Assembly: GCF_021028975.2 (NCBI RefSeq)
Contig: NC_059427.1
Span: 8,437,170 to 8,496,000 of the forward strand
Length of the DNA: 58,831 bases
Direction: 5' to 3'
Source: Sphaerodactylus townsendi
Taxonomy: Eukaryota
The notes beneath the pieces were generated by a model. That model was not told where the DNA came from, did no database searches, and saw only the letters and a program-made list of their open reading frames with translations. This document shows positions 1 through 11,170 of this stretch, piece after piece. Position 1 is the stretch's first letter, and the number at the start of each line of letters is the position of its first letter. The translations under genes were made by a program, and so were the position numbers.

Positions 1-203
1 GTGGGGGGGCAGGGGTGTTTCCCAATGACTGATGTCAAACTAATTGGGCGGAAGTTGGCAGGAGTAAGTATCCTTCATGTGTCTGGCTCAGGGGTAGGTG
101 TGTCCAGTTTGCGGCCAACATGAGAGCCAGGGTGGGTGTTGCGGCTTGAAGTGGAGACAAAGAAATTCTCTCACTCTCTCCCCCCCCCCTTTGTCTCCCA
201 AAG

Positions 204-326
204 CATCCAGGCCTGTAAGAGAAACTATACTGGAGACTGATAAAGGCCTTGCTTCTGAAGAAGGGCTGGAGAGTTTCTCAAGAGGGTCTCAAGAGAGTAC
301 TTCCTTTCCAAGTGAGCTGGCTGAGA
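204..326 (+). CDS. Gene A internal exon, copy 1 (SRPVRETILETDKGLASEEGLESFSRGSQESTSFPSELAE)
   Basis: Pyrimidine tract + AAG acceptor (202-203), GTAAGT donor at 327; 123 nt, phase 1-1; homologous to 464-610 and 58012-58140. Confidence 0.6.
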
Positions 327-463
327 GTAAGTATCCTTCATGTGCCTGACCCAGGGGTAAGTGTGTCCAGTTTGTGGTCAGCATGAGAGCGAGGGTGGGT
401 GTCGTGGCCTGAGGTGGAGACAAAGAAACTCCCACTCACTCTCTCCCCCTCTATCTCCTAAAG

Positions 464-610
464 CATCCAGGCCTGTAAGAGAAACGACATCCAGGCCTGT
501 AAGAGAAACTACACTGAAGACAGATAAAGGCCTTGCTTCTGAAGAAGGGCTGGAGAGTTTCTCAAGAGGGTCTCAAGAGAGTATTACTTTCTCGAGTGAG
601 TTGGCTGAGA
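464..610 (+). CDS. Gene A internal exon, copy 2 (with a 24-nt internal duplication)
   Basis: AAG acceptor 462-463, GTAAGT donor at 611; 147 nt, phase 1-1, compatible with the phase-1 acceptor at 864. Confidence 0.65.
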
Positions 611-863
611 GTAAGTATCCTTCATGGGTATGTGATGAGCAAGGAACAGCATGTAGGATTTCTGCTGGTCTTCTTAGCAACTCTGTTTTGGTAGAATTAT
701 ATAGCCTGCAGGGTAAAGTGGGAAGGCCTTTTGGGACCTTGGATCTGGAGGCTCAGAAGCTCTTTTGGGGGCTGAGGTCGGATACACACTGTTTGGTCAG
801 GAGTGCCTAACTAGGGGTTTGGTTTCTGGTTTGGGTGATGCTTAAATCCCTCTATTTCAGCAG

Positions 864-2023
864 GAGATGTCGAGGAGACAATTGGGGAATTCGAGATGTT
901 CACATTGGAAAAGGACGTGAAACAGGAATCTGAATGTCACTTTAGTGATCAAGATAGTCCTGAGAGGCAGGAAGAAAACCACATAGCAAAGATGAAGGAT
1001 GAAATAATTCCTTGCCAAGGCAGGGATTTCCCCGAAGTAATTCCCAAGACAGAGGAAACAAGCAACTGGTTGGAGTGTGGACTGAACTTTTCAGATCAAA
1101 CTCAGTATAATATACATTTGGGGGAGCACCCTGGAAACCAGGTCCATAAATGCCTGCAGTGTGGAAAGAGCTTCCATTGTGGAGAAGAGCTCATTAGACA
1201 CCAAAGAATCCATATATCAGAGAAAGTGTATAGCTGCTCAGACTGTGGCAGGAAGTTCTCAGAGAAAACAAACCTTATTCAGCACCAGGAAGTTCATTCA
1301 GAAGGGCAGTTATTTATCTGCTCAGAGAGTGGAAAGAGTTTCTTTGCTCATAAGTGCTTTCTGTGTGAAAAGTATTTCAAGTACATATCAGAGCTCCTTG
1401 TGCATCAAAGAATTCACACAAGCGAGAAGCCCTTTGAGTGCTCAGAGTGTGGAAAGAGGTTTGCTCAGAGTGGGTATCTGCAGCGTCATATAGTAACACA
1501 CAAAAAGGAGAAAACTTTTGAATGTGCTGAGTGTGGAAAGAAATTGAGTTGGAGCTGCACTCTTCAACAGCATCAAAGAATCCACAAAGGACAGAAACCT
1601 TTTGAGTGCTCAGAGTGTGGCAAGAGATTCAACTGGAGTTCCAATCTTCACCAGCATCAGAGAATCCACACCGGGGAGAAACCATTTGAGTGCTCAGAGT
1701 GTGGAAAGAAATTCAGCTTGAGTTCCAATCTTCAAAAGCATCTAAGAACCCACACAGGGGAGAAACCTTTTGAATGCTTGGAGTGTGGAAAGAGATTCAG
1801 CCAGAGTGTCAGTCTTCAACGGCATCAAAGGACCCACACAGGAGAGAAAACTTTTGAATGCTCAGAATGTGGAAAGAGATTCAGCCGGAGTAGTACTCTT
1901 CAACAGCATCTAAAAACCCACATGAGGAAAAATCTTTTGAATGCTCAGAAGGCAGAAAGAGCTTCACTTGCAGATTCTGCCTTGAACAACATCAGAGAAG
2001 TTACAGGAGGAGAAACCATGTAA
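864..2023 (+). CDS. Gene A terminal exon: spacer + C2H2 zinc-finger array (9 intact fingers, 2 degenerate)
   Basis: ttcagcag acceptor (exon starts 861 or 864); CxxC-x12-HxxxH repeats with TGEKP linkers; stop at 2021-2023. Confidence 0.92.
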
Positions 2024-2340
2024 CTGCTCAGTCTGTGACAAGAGTTTTTCACAAAAGGATGAAATTTTATAAACTCTTGGGAAGATCTTGCTGTGATCAG
2101 AAACTTTGCCATTATAAATCTATAAGTGTGGTTGCAGATCTGAAGAGGCAGAAAAAGAAATAAAGTTCCTTAGAGAAATTAAAAGCACTCAAGTCTTAGC
2201 ACAAAAAAGATCATAGCCCCCAACTTATATAAAGAAAGATCCAAGATAGCCTTAGAGTGTGTAGTAGTGGCTGAGAGGGATAGACGCTAATCTGGAGAAT
2301 CGGGCTCAATTCCCCACTCACATCAAAACTGCTGGGTGAC

Positions 2341-2966
2341 TGTAATGATTTAAAATGTAGTATGTGTGTCTTTAAATGAGAGGTAAGTTGTAGAAGAAAG
2401 GGAGGGATAAAAGGGGGGGGGGTGAGAGAATGAGGTGACTGATTGACAGTTGGAAGAGCCAGATAAGGGTTTTTGTTTAGTGGGAGGGAGAATCAGTAAA
2501 CTGAAGAGTGAAACGGGACTGAAAGGCAGAGAATAGTATGATGCTAATAGCCTAAAAAGCAGATTTCCGACTAGAATCCTTATATAGTACAAAGCTGCCC
2601 AAAGAAATAGGCTGAATATACTTAGAAGACATTGGGAGACCAGAAATGGAATCAAATCCTAATACGGTCACAGGGATTTAGAGTGAAAGAGTAGATTTAT
2701 GTGGTGAAAGTCACCTCAGACAGAACTTATTGCCTCAAATTGTTTTACTTATTGTAGAAATAAGATACATTACTTCTTGTAACCGTTAAGCTAAAGAAAA
2801 AGTATAAATAAAATTTTAATGTGTTCAAATTAAACTGGAGTGCTACATTAATAACTTATGAGAGCTTTTTCCTCAGGGCTACATAGACCTTCAAAACTCA
2901 TGGACACAATACTTTAGGAGAAATTAAAAAGGGGTTTGGAATTAAATTTCTGGTGGCAGCAGTGGG
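2341..2966 (+). mobile_element. Possible LTR remnant with tRNA-Leu-like primer binding site
   Basis: Starts TGTAA exactly where a SINE (about 2255-2340) is cut off; TATA-like at ~2580, AATAAA at ~2807; TGGTGGCAGCAGTGGG at 2951-2966; no TSD or clean CA end found. Confidence 0.35.
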
Positions 2967-4053
2967 TGTCAAGAACTCAAAAAATTAGTACTATAAAGAA
3001 GGACGTTTTTAGAGGTGTCCCCTTTTTTGTGTGGAGCCATTTTTCAAAAACTGGTAAACACTTTTGTGTTGAAATATCCCAATAATATCATCAATTCTTG
3101 GGATGCTGCAGAAGTTAGACAGACAGCGAGCATCCTTCCAAAATACTAATCATCTTTGAAAAATCTCTTGCCTGTATCTACCTGCTCCCATCTGCTCTGA
3201 AATGCTGTATTCATCCAACATCATACTAGATAATGATTTGTGCCTGGAAGAAAGCAAGGGTGTACTCTTTGATGGTGTGGTGTATGGTTTACCCCAGAAC
3301 TAGAAGAATCACAAAGCAATGCTGAGTAGATTCACACCCTTCCATGGGTATAAACTGTCCTCTGGTCTCCATGTTTGAAGAAAGTTGAGAACAGAGTTGA
3401 GGGATGGGGAAAAATTCCAGCGCTTTATTTTTCTGTTGCAAATTTTTCCATTTTAAAAGATTTGTTTCATAAAACAATAGTGAACGGATATTATTGCCAA
3501 TCCAATATTGCATCAGTTTGGCAGTTTCAAAATGTTAATGAATGTTGTTCAGGTAAGATCTTGACTACCATTTTGGGGTTGCTCACAATAATGCTTCCAC
3601 ATTTGTGTCCTAGGATGGATGGATGGGTTAGATTTTTCATCTTTCCGTAGAAGGCTCTGGGCGATTTACAACCTCAGTTAAGACAATACGAAATCATAAT
3701 AAATACTTTAAAACTTGTCTTCTAAAATACATCTAAATCTCACATGTAAGTGACATGAAACTATCACAAGCCACAAGTCTCTCCCTCTACCACGAAGGAA
3801 ATTATTTTCTGGAAAGCTTACAGTCTTTTGTAAGTGCTGAGTGAATGTTCCCTGGCTACTTTTCCACCTAATTTTCCATTGGCTGATGATGCCTCTGAGC
3901 ATGAACAAAATGCCTTGCCACACTTCTGATTTTGGGGATTTGAGAGCTGATTTTCTTGGCCAGGAAGGGTCTTAAAAGGCACGTTTAATATTTTCCTTCA
4001 TTCGAAGACAAAGTCATTAGAGTCTTCCCCCTTTTCTTTCGACAAGAGCGAGC

Positions 4054-4198
4054 AAAGGGTTAAAAAGAAGCAGACAGCGATGTGGTTCCTAGAGAGGACA
4101 CAAAAGGAAGTGAGGAATATTTAAGCCGTCCAACTTCCTCCTGTTGAGATCCGGCTTTGCTTGCTACAAATTTGGAGGGTGCCTATAGAAGGGTAAAG
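4054..4198 (+). promoter_or_regulatory. Putative promoter / non-coding exon 1 of gene B (donor GTAAAG at 4193)
   Basis: Module AAAGGGTTAA...TTCCTAGA...ACTTCC...GG|GTAAAG repeated upstream of each paralog; GC/CpG-richer sequence follows. Confidence 0.55.
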
Positions 4199-4798
4199 AG
4201 CGTTTGGGTGGGGAGAGGGGAGAAGCTCCCCCAGGTTGGGCAACACTGCAAGGCGGCGGGGGCGGGTAAGGGGTCTCTCTGGGTCCCCCTGCAGAGTAGG
4301 GCCGGGGAGAAGCGGGTCAGGCTGGTTGCTATGCCAGGTCTGGATCTGCAGCAAGGAGCAGGGAGGGATCAGGTCGTCGTCCCCTCCCCAAATGCTGAGC
4401 AGATTCTGATCCTTGCAGATCCATTCTACTTTCAAAAGCACACAATCCAGGTTGGAGTTTCTCCTTGTTCCTGGGCAACCCTCGCTTTTAAAGGCGTTTG
4501 AGCATCAGGACAGAGTCTTGGATGCCTGGGAAGAGCTTGGTGGCGGTGGGGAGAGAGCTGGCCCCACGGAGACTGAGCCCCGCCCCATCTGTGACGGAGG
4601 GAGGGGAGGGTCCCTGTGGGTCTCCATTTAGAATCCCAAAAGTAACAGGAACTCCACCTAATGTATTTTTTGAAACGAGTTTTCCTACCTGCTCTGTTTG
4701 CTCACTGTGGTATATGGAATTCTCCTGCAGCAGAAAAAGATTTTCAACCATAGCAAAAGTGTGAAAAGATCAGAGGGGGTGGACGGGTCTGTTACATA

Positions 4799-5057
4799 CC
4801 CTGTTTCCCTGAAAATAAGACCTACCTTGAAAATAAGCCTTGGCATGATTTTGCAGGATTTTTGGAGGATGTTTGAAATATAAGCCTTACTCCAAAAATA
4901 AGCCCTAGTTACAAATTCCCGGGGGCAGCTGATCTGGTCATGTGGGGGAACGCAAAATCATGGAAAAAAATAAGACATCCCCTGAAAATAAGCCCTAATG
5001 CATCTTTTGGGGCAAAAATTAATATAAGACCCTGTCTTATTTTGGGGAAAACATGGG
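4799..5057. mobile_element. Non-autonomous Tc1/mariner-superfamily (Tc2/pogo-like) DNA transposon
   Basis: TIRs CCCTGTTTCCCTGAAAATAAGAC / GTCTTATTTTGGGGAAAACATGGG, TA on both sides, internal GAAAATAAG repeats; relative at 48454-48685. Confidence 0.75.
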
Positions 5058-5349
5058 TAGCATAGGATTCTCATCATGGTCTACATCCCACAGCAAAAAT
5101 CTTTTTGCTCCTCCCTCTGGCAGTGAACAGGCAGCTTTACCAGCCCTGCTGAGGATCTACAACCAGACCTTTCACTCCTGGGGTTAGAGGGTAGAGTTCC
5201 CTGGGCTTCAAAGAACTACCCATTAAATTTTTGTCTTTTAGAACACCATTCAAAATAGGTTTGCCTACAGTGGTTAATAAAAGGTTATAAAGAAAGAACT
5301 CATGACAGTTGTGGGGGGAGGGGATAATCCTTTAACTGAGAGCTCAGAT

Positions 5350-6476
5350 TCTGTCAAGCAGAAGAGAAAACTGTCTGATTGGTGGATGTGGGTGACCAAG
5401 TCCTTACTGCTGAGGTCTGAAAGTAAAGAAAAATGCAAACTACAGAAGAAAATAACATGGTCATTTTAGGAGTTGTTTTGGATTCCTTTTGATACAACAC
5501 AGACTGGGTGAGAGGCACAAGATATGGGTGGTATACGGCCTGTAGATGGGCAGGAAGGAATTTCTGTGGTGGGTGAGAGGCATTAGCTCATTGGCCGAGC
5601 CCAGGGGCCCCTTAGTTCTGCCCTTCCTAAACCAGCCAACTTGACCTCATTGGGAGAGACTCCAGAAGGCTGCAGGTAGTTGAGTAGACAGGAATTGGTA
5701 AGCTCAAGACTAAACTCACTTGGACTCAAGATCGATTACACCGATTGAGTCAGTATGATTGGCAGGTTGGGACATTCAGGGAACAATGCAATAGGCTTTG
5801 GGTTGTAGAACCACCAGAAGTAACTGTACTACACTGTACACAGAAAAAAGGAAATGTACAGATACAAGATGGGTGACACCTGGCTTGACAACAGTACGTG
5901 TGAAAGGGTTCTGAGAGTCTTAGTAGATCACATGAGTCAACAGTGTGATGTGGCATCTAAGAAAGCCAATGTGATTCTGGCCTGCATCAATAGGAATATT
6001 GTGTCCTGAACAAGGGAAGTAATAGTACCATTCTATTCTGCATTGGTCAAACCTCAACTGGAATACTGAGTGCATTCTGGGTATCAAAGTTCAAGAAGGA
6101 TATTGACAATCTGGAGCATGTCCAGAAGAGGGCAACCCAAATGATAACAAGTCTAATGGGTAACATAATAGCCATATTTAAATATTTAATGCAGAAGATG
6201 AAGCTTGTTTTCTGTTGCTCTGGAGGCTAGGACAAGGAGTAATGGACTCAAACTATGGGAAAAGACATTCTACATAAACATTAGGAAGAACTTCCTGACA
6301 GAAAGGCATTTCAGCAGTGGGATACGCATCCTCAGAGGGTGGTGGAGTTTCCTTCTTTGGAGGTTTTTAAACAGAGGCTGGATGGCCATCTGTTAGGAAT
6401 GCTTTAATTGTGTTTTCCTGCATGGCAGGTGGTTGGACTGGATGGTCCTTGGGATCGCTTCCAACTCTGATTCTAA
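5350..6476 (+). mobile_element. CR1 LINE 3' fragment (degenerate RT + 3' end)
   Basis: CR1 ORF2-like sequence (CAAGTTCAAGAAGGATATTGAC...CAGAAGAGGGCAAC; RKNFLT) and CCAACTCTGATTCT 3' end. Confidence 0.85.
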
Positions 6477-6712
6477 GTAAAAACAGAACTGAAGCAAAGC
6501 ATAAGTGTCAACATAACATGTTAAATGATTCAAAAAATTGCCCAGTAGTATCCTAGTTTCAACAAGCTGTACACAGAATTACAGAATCCCTAATATTTTA
6601 TCCAAGTAACTTTGTGAATCATTTAATACCGTGCAACTATGGTGTGTGAAGAAAAGCCTTTAGCTTAGATATATGATCACTACAAACAAAAATAGAGGAT
6701 TCAACCACACTT

Positions 6713-6946
6713 GAGAGCCAAGTGGTTAAGAATGGCGAACTTTAATCAGGAGAACTGGATTAGATTCCGAGCTTCTCTACATGAAGCCTGCTGGGTAACC
6801 TTGGGCTAGTCACAGTTCTCTCAGAACACTCTCAGCCCGACCCACCTCACAGGGTGGCTGTTGTGAGAACAGAAAGGGAAAGTGATTGAAGTCACTTTGA
6901 GACTCCTTAAAGGTAGAGAAAAGCAGGGTATAAAAACAACTCTTTC
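6713..6946 (+). mobile_element. tRNA-derived squamate SINE (Squam3-like)
   Basis: tRNA-like head, CTGCTGGGTAACCTTGGGCTAGTCAC core, pyrimidine tail; many related copies in the window. Confidence 0.75.
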
Positions 6947-7063
6947 TTTTTTTCCATTTTCTCTTTCTCATATATCTCTCTTCCAGGGAGAGGCCTAGCT
7001 GAGAAGGGTGTCATTCATTCCCACCATTTTCTGTTGGAAAAAATCACCGACCAATCAGCTGAT

Positions 7064-7783
7064 ATGAAAATGGAGGACCAAGGTACCACAGTAGGGGGAT
7101 CACCAGTGGGGGTAGTACAACCCCCTCACGTCCTCCAAGCTGGCAGTATTGGGGTTTTCCTCCAAAGGATACCAGGGGAACAAGTTAAAGAGGAATCAGT
7201 TAAAGAGAAGGGTTCACTTCAGCAATGGGAAACCCAGTGGCAGGAGTTCCTTAGGACCATAGAGTCCCCTACTTCACATTGGACAATTCCACTATGGCCT
7301 AAAAAATCTTCACCCTGGGAAGATGCCAAGGCCTTTCTGGCCTCCTTTGAGCAAGTGGCCGAAGCCTGTTGGTGGCCCAGAGATGACTGGGTGATCCGAC
7401 TCCTGCCGGCCCTCAGCGGAGAAGCTGCAAAGGCCTTTAACAATCTCAGTGCCAAAGACAAAGAGGATTATGGGAAGGTGAAGACAGCCATCTTGCGAGG
7501 GGACGCCCTGAGCCAGGAGAAGCAGCGCCAACAGTTCAGGCGTTTCTGCTACCAAGAGACTGAGGGGCCGCGAGGGGCTTACAGCCGATTGCGGGAAATG
7601 TGTCGTGGGTGGTTGAGAGTGGAGAATCACAGCAAGGAGCAGATTCTGGAACTCTTGATCCTGGAGCAGCTGCTGAGCATTCTGCCCCCTGATATCCAGA
7701 GCCAGGTGAGGGAGAGAGGCCCCGAGAACTGTTCTCATGCAGTGGCCCTGGCCGAGGAGTTCCTCTTCAAGCAGGAGAAACAG
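7064..7783 (+). CDS. Gene B first coding exon: Gag-capsid-like N-terminal region + SCAN domain
   Basis: Acceptor TTCCAG at 6986, ATG 7064, SCAN motif [16 protein letters not shown]...[22 protein letters not shown], donor CAG|GTGAGG at 7784 (phase 0). Confidence 0.92.
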
Positions 7784-8571
7784 GTGAGGCCCTTCTGCAG
7801 TGGTCTTTGGGAGGAGCTGGAACTGAGAACTATGAAGAGGAACACTGTGGGTTGATTGTCCAATTTGTTTGGCTCTATCATGCCACTCATATAATGTTGA
7901 GTTTTCTGCATTATGCAACTCGTATGATGTTGAGTTTATCTCTCAGTCAAGGTGTTCGTAGACACTTTGGCTTGGATAGACCCCACCTGTCCCTACAACA
8001 GCACATCCTCAAATTGTGTTGCATTTGGCTAATATTTAAAATTTGTAGAACTTTGGAAGATTGGATATCCATTATCAGCTGAACAGTGATATATAACAGT
8101 GGGTAAAAACTTCCATAACAACAGACAATTAGATCACAGCCCTTATGACCTGGTCTTAGAACTTCCAGACGGCAGATAGGACCTGGAGATCTCCTGGAAT
8201 TCCAAATGATCTCTAGACTACAGAGATCTGTTCTACCTGGAGAAAATGGCAGCATTGGAGATTGGATTCTATGGCATTATTCCTGTTGATGCCCTCCCTC
8301 TGTTTTTCCCAGGCTCCAACCCCAAAACTTCAGGAATTTCCTAGTTTGGAATTGACAACCCTAGTTTACCTGATCTGTCAAATATCTCCTCCATGTGAGT
8401 CACCTGCTTCTGCATTAGGCTGATTACATGTTTTCTGTTTTACAATTCTGGGTCCCAAAATCCTGTATATTCTGATTTCTCCCTCCAAGGGTGGGGAGTA
8501 GAATCCTTCAGTCTGTATCTACTCCTCTTCTTCCAGATCTGCCCTAAAAGGGCCCCTCTCTTTCTTTGCAG

Positions 8572-8692
8572 GTGCCTTTGGAGGAGGCAGCTGGAAGTGT
8601 CTCCAAGGCAGGCTGGGCTTTGTCTGAGAGTGAGCAGAGGCAGCTTTCAGGGGATATCAAGGAAGAGCCGGATGGACAGGCAAACCTGATAG
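8572..8692 (+). CDS. Gene B exon 2: degenerate KRAB-A-like exon (VPLEEAAGSVSKAGWALSESEQRQLSGDIKEEPDGQANLI)
   Basis: TTGCAG acceptor, GTAAGG donor; 121 nt, phase 0-1, position and spacing match a KRAB-A exon. Confidence 0.8.
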
Positions 8693-9327
8693 GTAAGGAG
8701 GGATAGAGGCCTTCTGGGACCTGAAATCCAAGATGTTCAGAAGCTCCTTTCTGGGGCTAAGTTCAGCAACGGTTCTTTCCCTCCTTTCTGGGGGCCGCTT
8801 TGTCCTTAGATTCACCAGAATGTTGGGTATTCTGGGAGAAATGCCTGGAATGGAGAATTAAATGCAAGAACCCTCCCAGAGTTCACAAGAGCCCTGCTGG
8901 ATGAGACCTCAGGCCTAGCCAGACCCACATCCTCTTTCCTGAGCTGGCCAGCAAGATACATTCAAATCCCTTGAACCAGGCTAGAAGGTAATAGTCCTTC
9001 CGGCTTGTTTTTTTTAACCCACTTCCCCACACACTGTATCTGGCGTTTGATGTCATTCTGCTTTTGAATATGATGGAGCATCCATGAAGATACAATGGTC
9101 AATAGCCAAGAATAGAAGTTCTACAAATTCTCTCTCCTACCAAATGTGCCTCCCTGGTGTTTGTTTGTTTTTTAACTCAGGCACTAAGGAGGGATACATT
9201 TTACTCGGAGGCCCAAGCATCCAGGGGGACTGATTGGCCAAGTTGCAACGCCTTTACCATTACGAGGGGGAGATCATGCTTCAGAATGTTAATGTTTCCC
9301 TGTCTCTATGATCAGTACCTTCTAAGG

Positions 9328-9437
9328 CAGGGGTGGTCAACCTATGGCACTCCAGATGTTCATGGACTACAATTCCCATCAGTTGCAAATACAATGTAGT
9401 CCATGAACATCTGGAGCGCCATAAGTTGGCCACCCCG
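9328..9437. mobile_element. Palindromic hAT (Charlie-type) MITE
   Basis: CAGGGGTGG...CCACCCCG termini, long internal inverted repeat, perfect 8-bp TSD TTCTAAGG (9320-9327 / 9438-9445). Confidence 0.85.
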
Positions 9438-9651
9438 TTCTAAGGAGTTTTCAAACCTTGTGATATTTGCCACTGTGAGTAAGAGGCACGGTTAGATCAA
9501 AACAAGCAACATTTTGAACAGTGAGATCCTGATTTTGTTTTTATTTACAACATTTGTACACTTCCTCATTTTCAATATGTAGTCAAGTCTCTGGATTCCT
9601 ACAACCAGAGACTCGAGCCATGAACAGACAAGTCAGATTTTTCAACAGCAT

Positions 9652-9936
9652 GGAGCCAGTGTGGTGTAGTGGTTAAGAATGGTGAACTAATCTGGAGAAC
9701 TGCGTTTGATTCCCCACTCCTCCACATGAGTGGTGGACTCTTATCTAGTGAACTGGATTTGTTTCCCTGCTCCTACACATGAAGCCTGCTGGGGGACCAT
9801 GGGCTAGCCACAGTTATCTCAGAGCTCTGTCAACCCCTCTTATCTATTGTGGGGAGCAAAGGGAAAGAAGATTGAAAGCTGGTTTGAGACTCCTTATGGG
9901 GGAGAAAGATGGGGTATAAATCCAAACTCTTCTTCC
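9652..9936 (+). mobile_element. tRNA-derived squamate SINE
   Basis: GGAGCCAGTGTGGTGTAGTGGTTAAG A-box head, B-box-like GTTTGATTCCC, (TCT)n tail. Confidence 0.8.
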
Positions 9937-11170
9937 TGTACAAAGCGCGCCCCAGACAGCACCAAAATACACAAATGCAACACACACACACCCTCTCAGG
10001 AGGTGGGAGTGAGGGTCATTTATAGGATAGTAAAAGCTGTGCCTGTAGTTTTAAGAAACAAATGATATCAGTGGTGTTTCAAGATTTCAGGTATTCCTTT
10101 CTGTCAGTAAAAGGTAAGAGCAGAGAACAGTGGCCTTTCCAGAGCTCTGTTGGCTTTTGCGGGAGGAGTCCTCAGGGCTCTCTTGTGAAACAGATGAGGA
10201 TGGGAGAAAAAGAACAGGTTGGTGTGTTCTCCTGTTGTAACATGTATCAGGAATGGCTTACTGTCACTTTCTTGTTGGCTGTGAACAGAATTACCCAGTG
10301 AGGTAGGTGGGACTGTGAGAGTTCTGAGAGAACTGAATCAAACCCAGTTCTCCAAATTAGTTTCTGCCACTATTAACCACTATTTCATGCTGGTTGTCCT
10401 TGCTGGTAGAGGGGAAATGTAGGAAGGAGGCCTGAAGGGAGAGAGAGAGATGGTGGGGGCCAGTGCGAAGGAACAGGATTTTTTTCTCCAGCAATTTTTG
10501 CAGGTCCTCAACTTTCCTTTTAATAAAATCATTTGCATGATGTTCCCCAAAATCCTAAAGACAATACTGTATAAGACAAAATGGTATAAAGCAACTATTT
10601 AAAACTGCACAAAACCAACCATGAGAAACTTTGTACTTTTCTGGGGAAGATCATTGTGCCTCATTGGGGCTCTTATAGAAAATGTCAGGCTCTTGATCAA
10701 AACTGGCATCTTAAAGAACAATGGGAAATTATCTTGTATGCAGTGCAGACATTTCAGAACAGTTGGCGTGTTTTCTCACATAATCACAGTCATCTATGAT
10801 CCCAGCTTTAAAGCAGACAGAATGTGATTGTGCAGTTGAGGGGCAGAGAGGTTGGGCTTTTCTCTGTGACAATTTCCTGCTCAAGAACTGCCCGTCCCAG
10901 AATTCCTTGGGTCTAGGGCAGGAGAGAAGGCCATAGATCCCAAGGACAGCAGGGGCTGTTGGCGTGTTAAGAAAATAGAAATCCACCTGGAGAGAACAAA
11001 TGTAGAACTTGGCCTGGTGGGTAAAAAGGTGTAAGAACCCACATACTTGAGGCAGGAAACAGGTTCTGCCAAAGGACACAAAATACACACAGAACAGTTA
11101 AGAGGGACCAATCTGAACCTTGGCTTTTTGCAGGGATGGTAACTGGATCTCTCTGCCTTTGTTCAAGCAG

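Larger units (their letters stand above)
64..626. repeat. Tandem duplication of an intron+exon unit (263 and 284 bp)
   Basis: GTAAGTATCCTTCATG recurs at 64, 327 and 611 with near-identical intervening sequence. Confidence 0.9.

Noticed and set aside
98-810. Repeated ORFs starting 'MCPVCGQHE' suggesting a small zinc-ribbon protein
   Set aside because: GTG starts within intron sequence; only the spliced exon portion has a homolog (58012-58140)
1161-1493. Alternate-frame ORFs in finger arrays (MERASIVEK..., SAQSVER...)
   Set aside because: Standard +1-frame by-product of C2H2 repeats
7310-7918. Long antisense ORFs over the SCAN exons (also 32127-32954, 49133-49468, 55600-56082)
   Set aside because: Shadow frames of GC-rich sense codons; start and length are not conserved and there is no independent homology
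9652-9720. tRNA-like sequences at SINE heads
   Set aside because: They continue into SINE bodies and tails; not standalone tRNA genes
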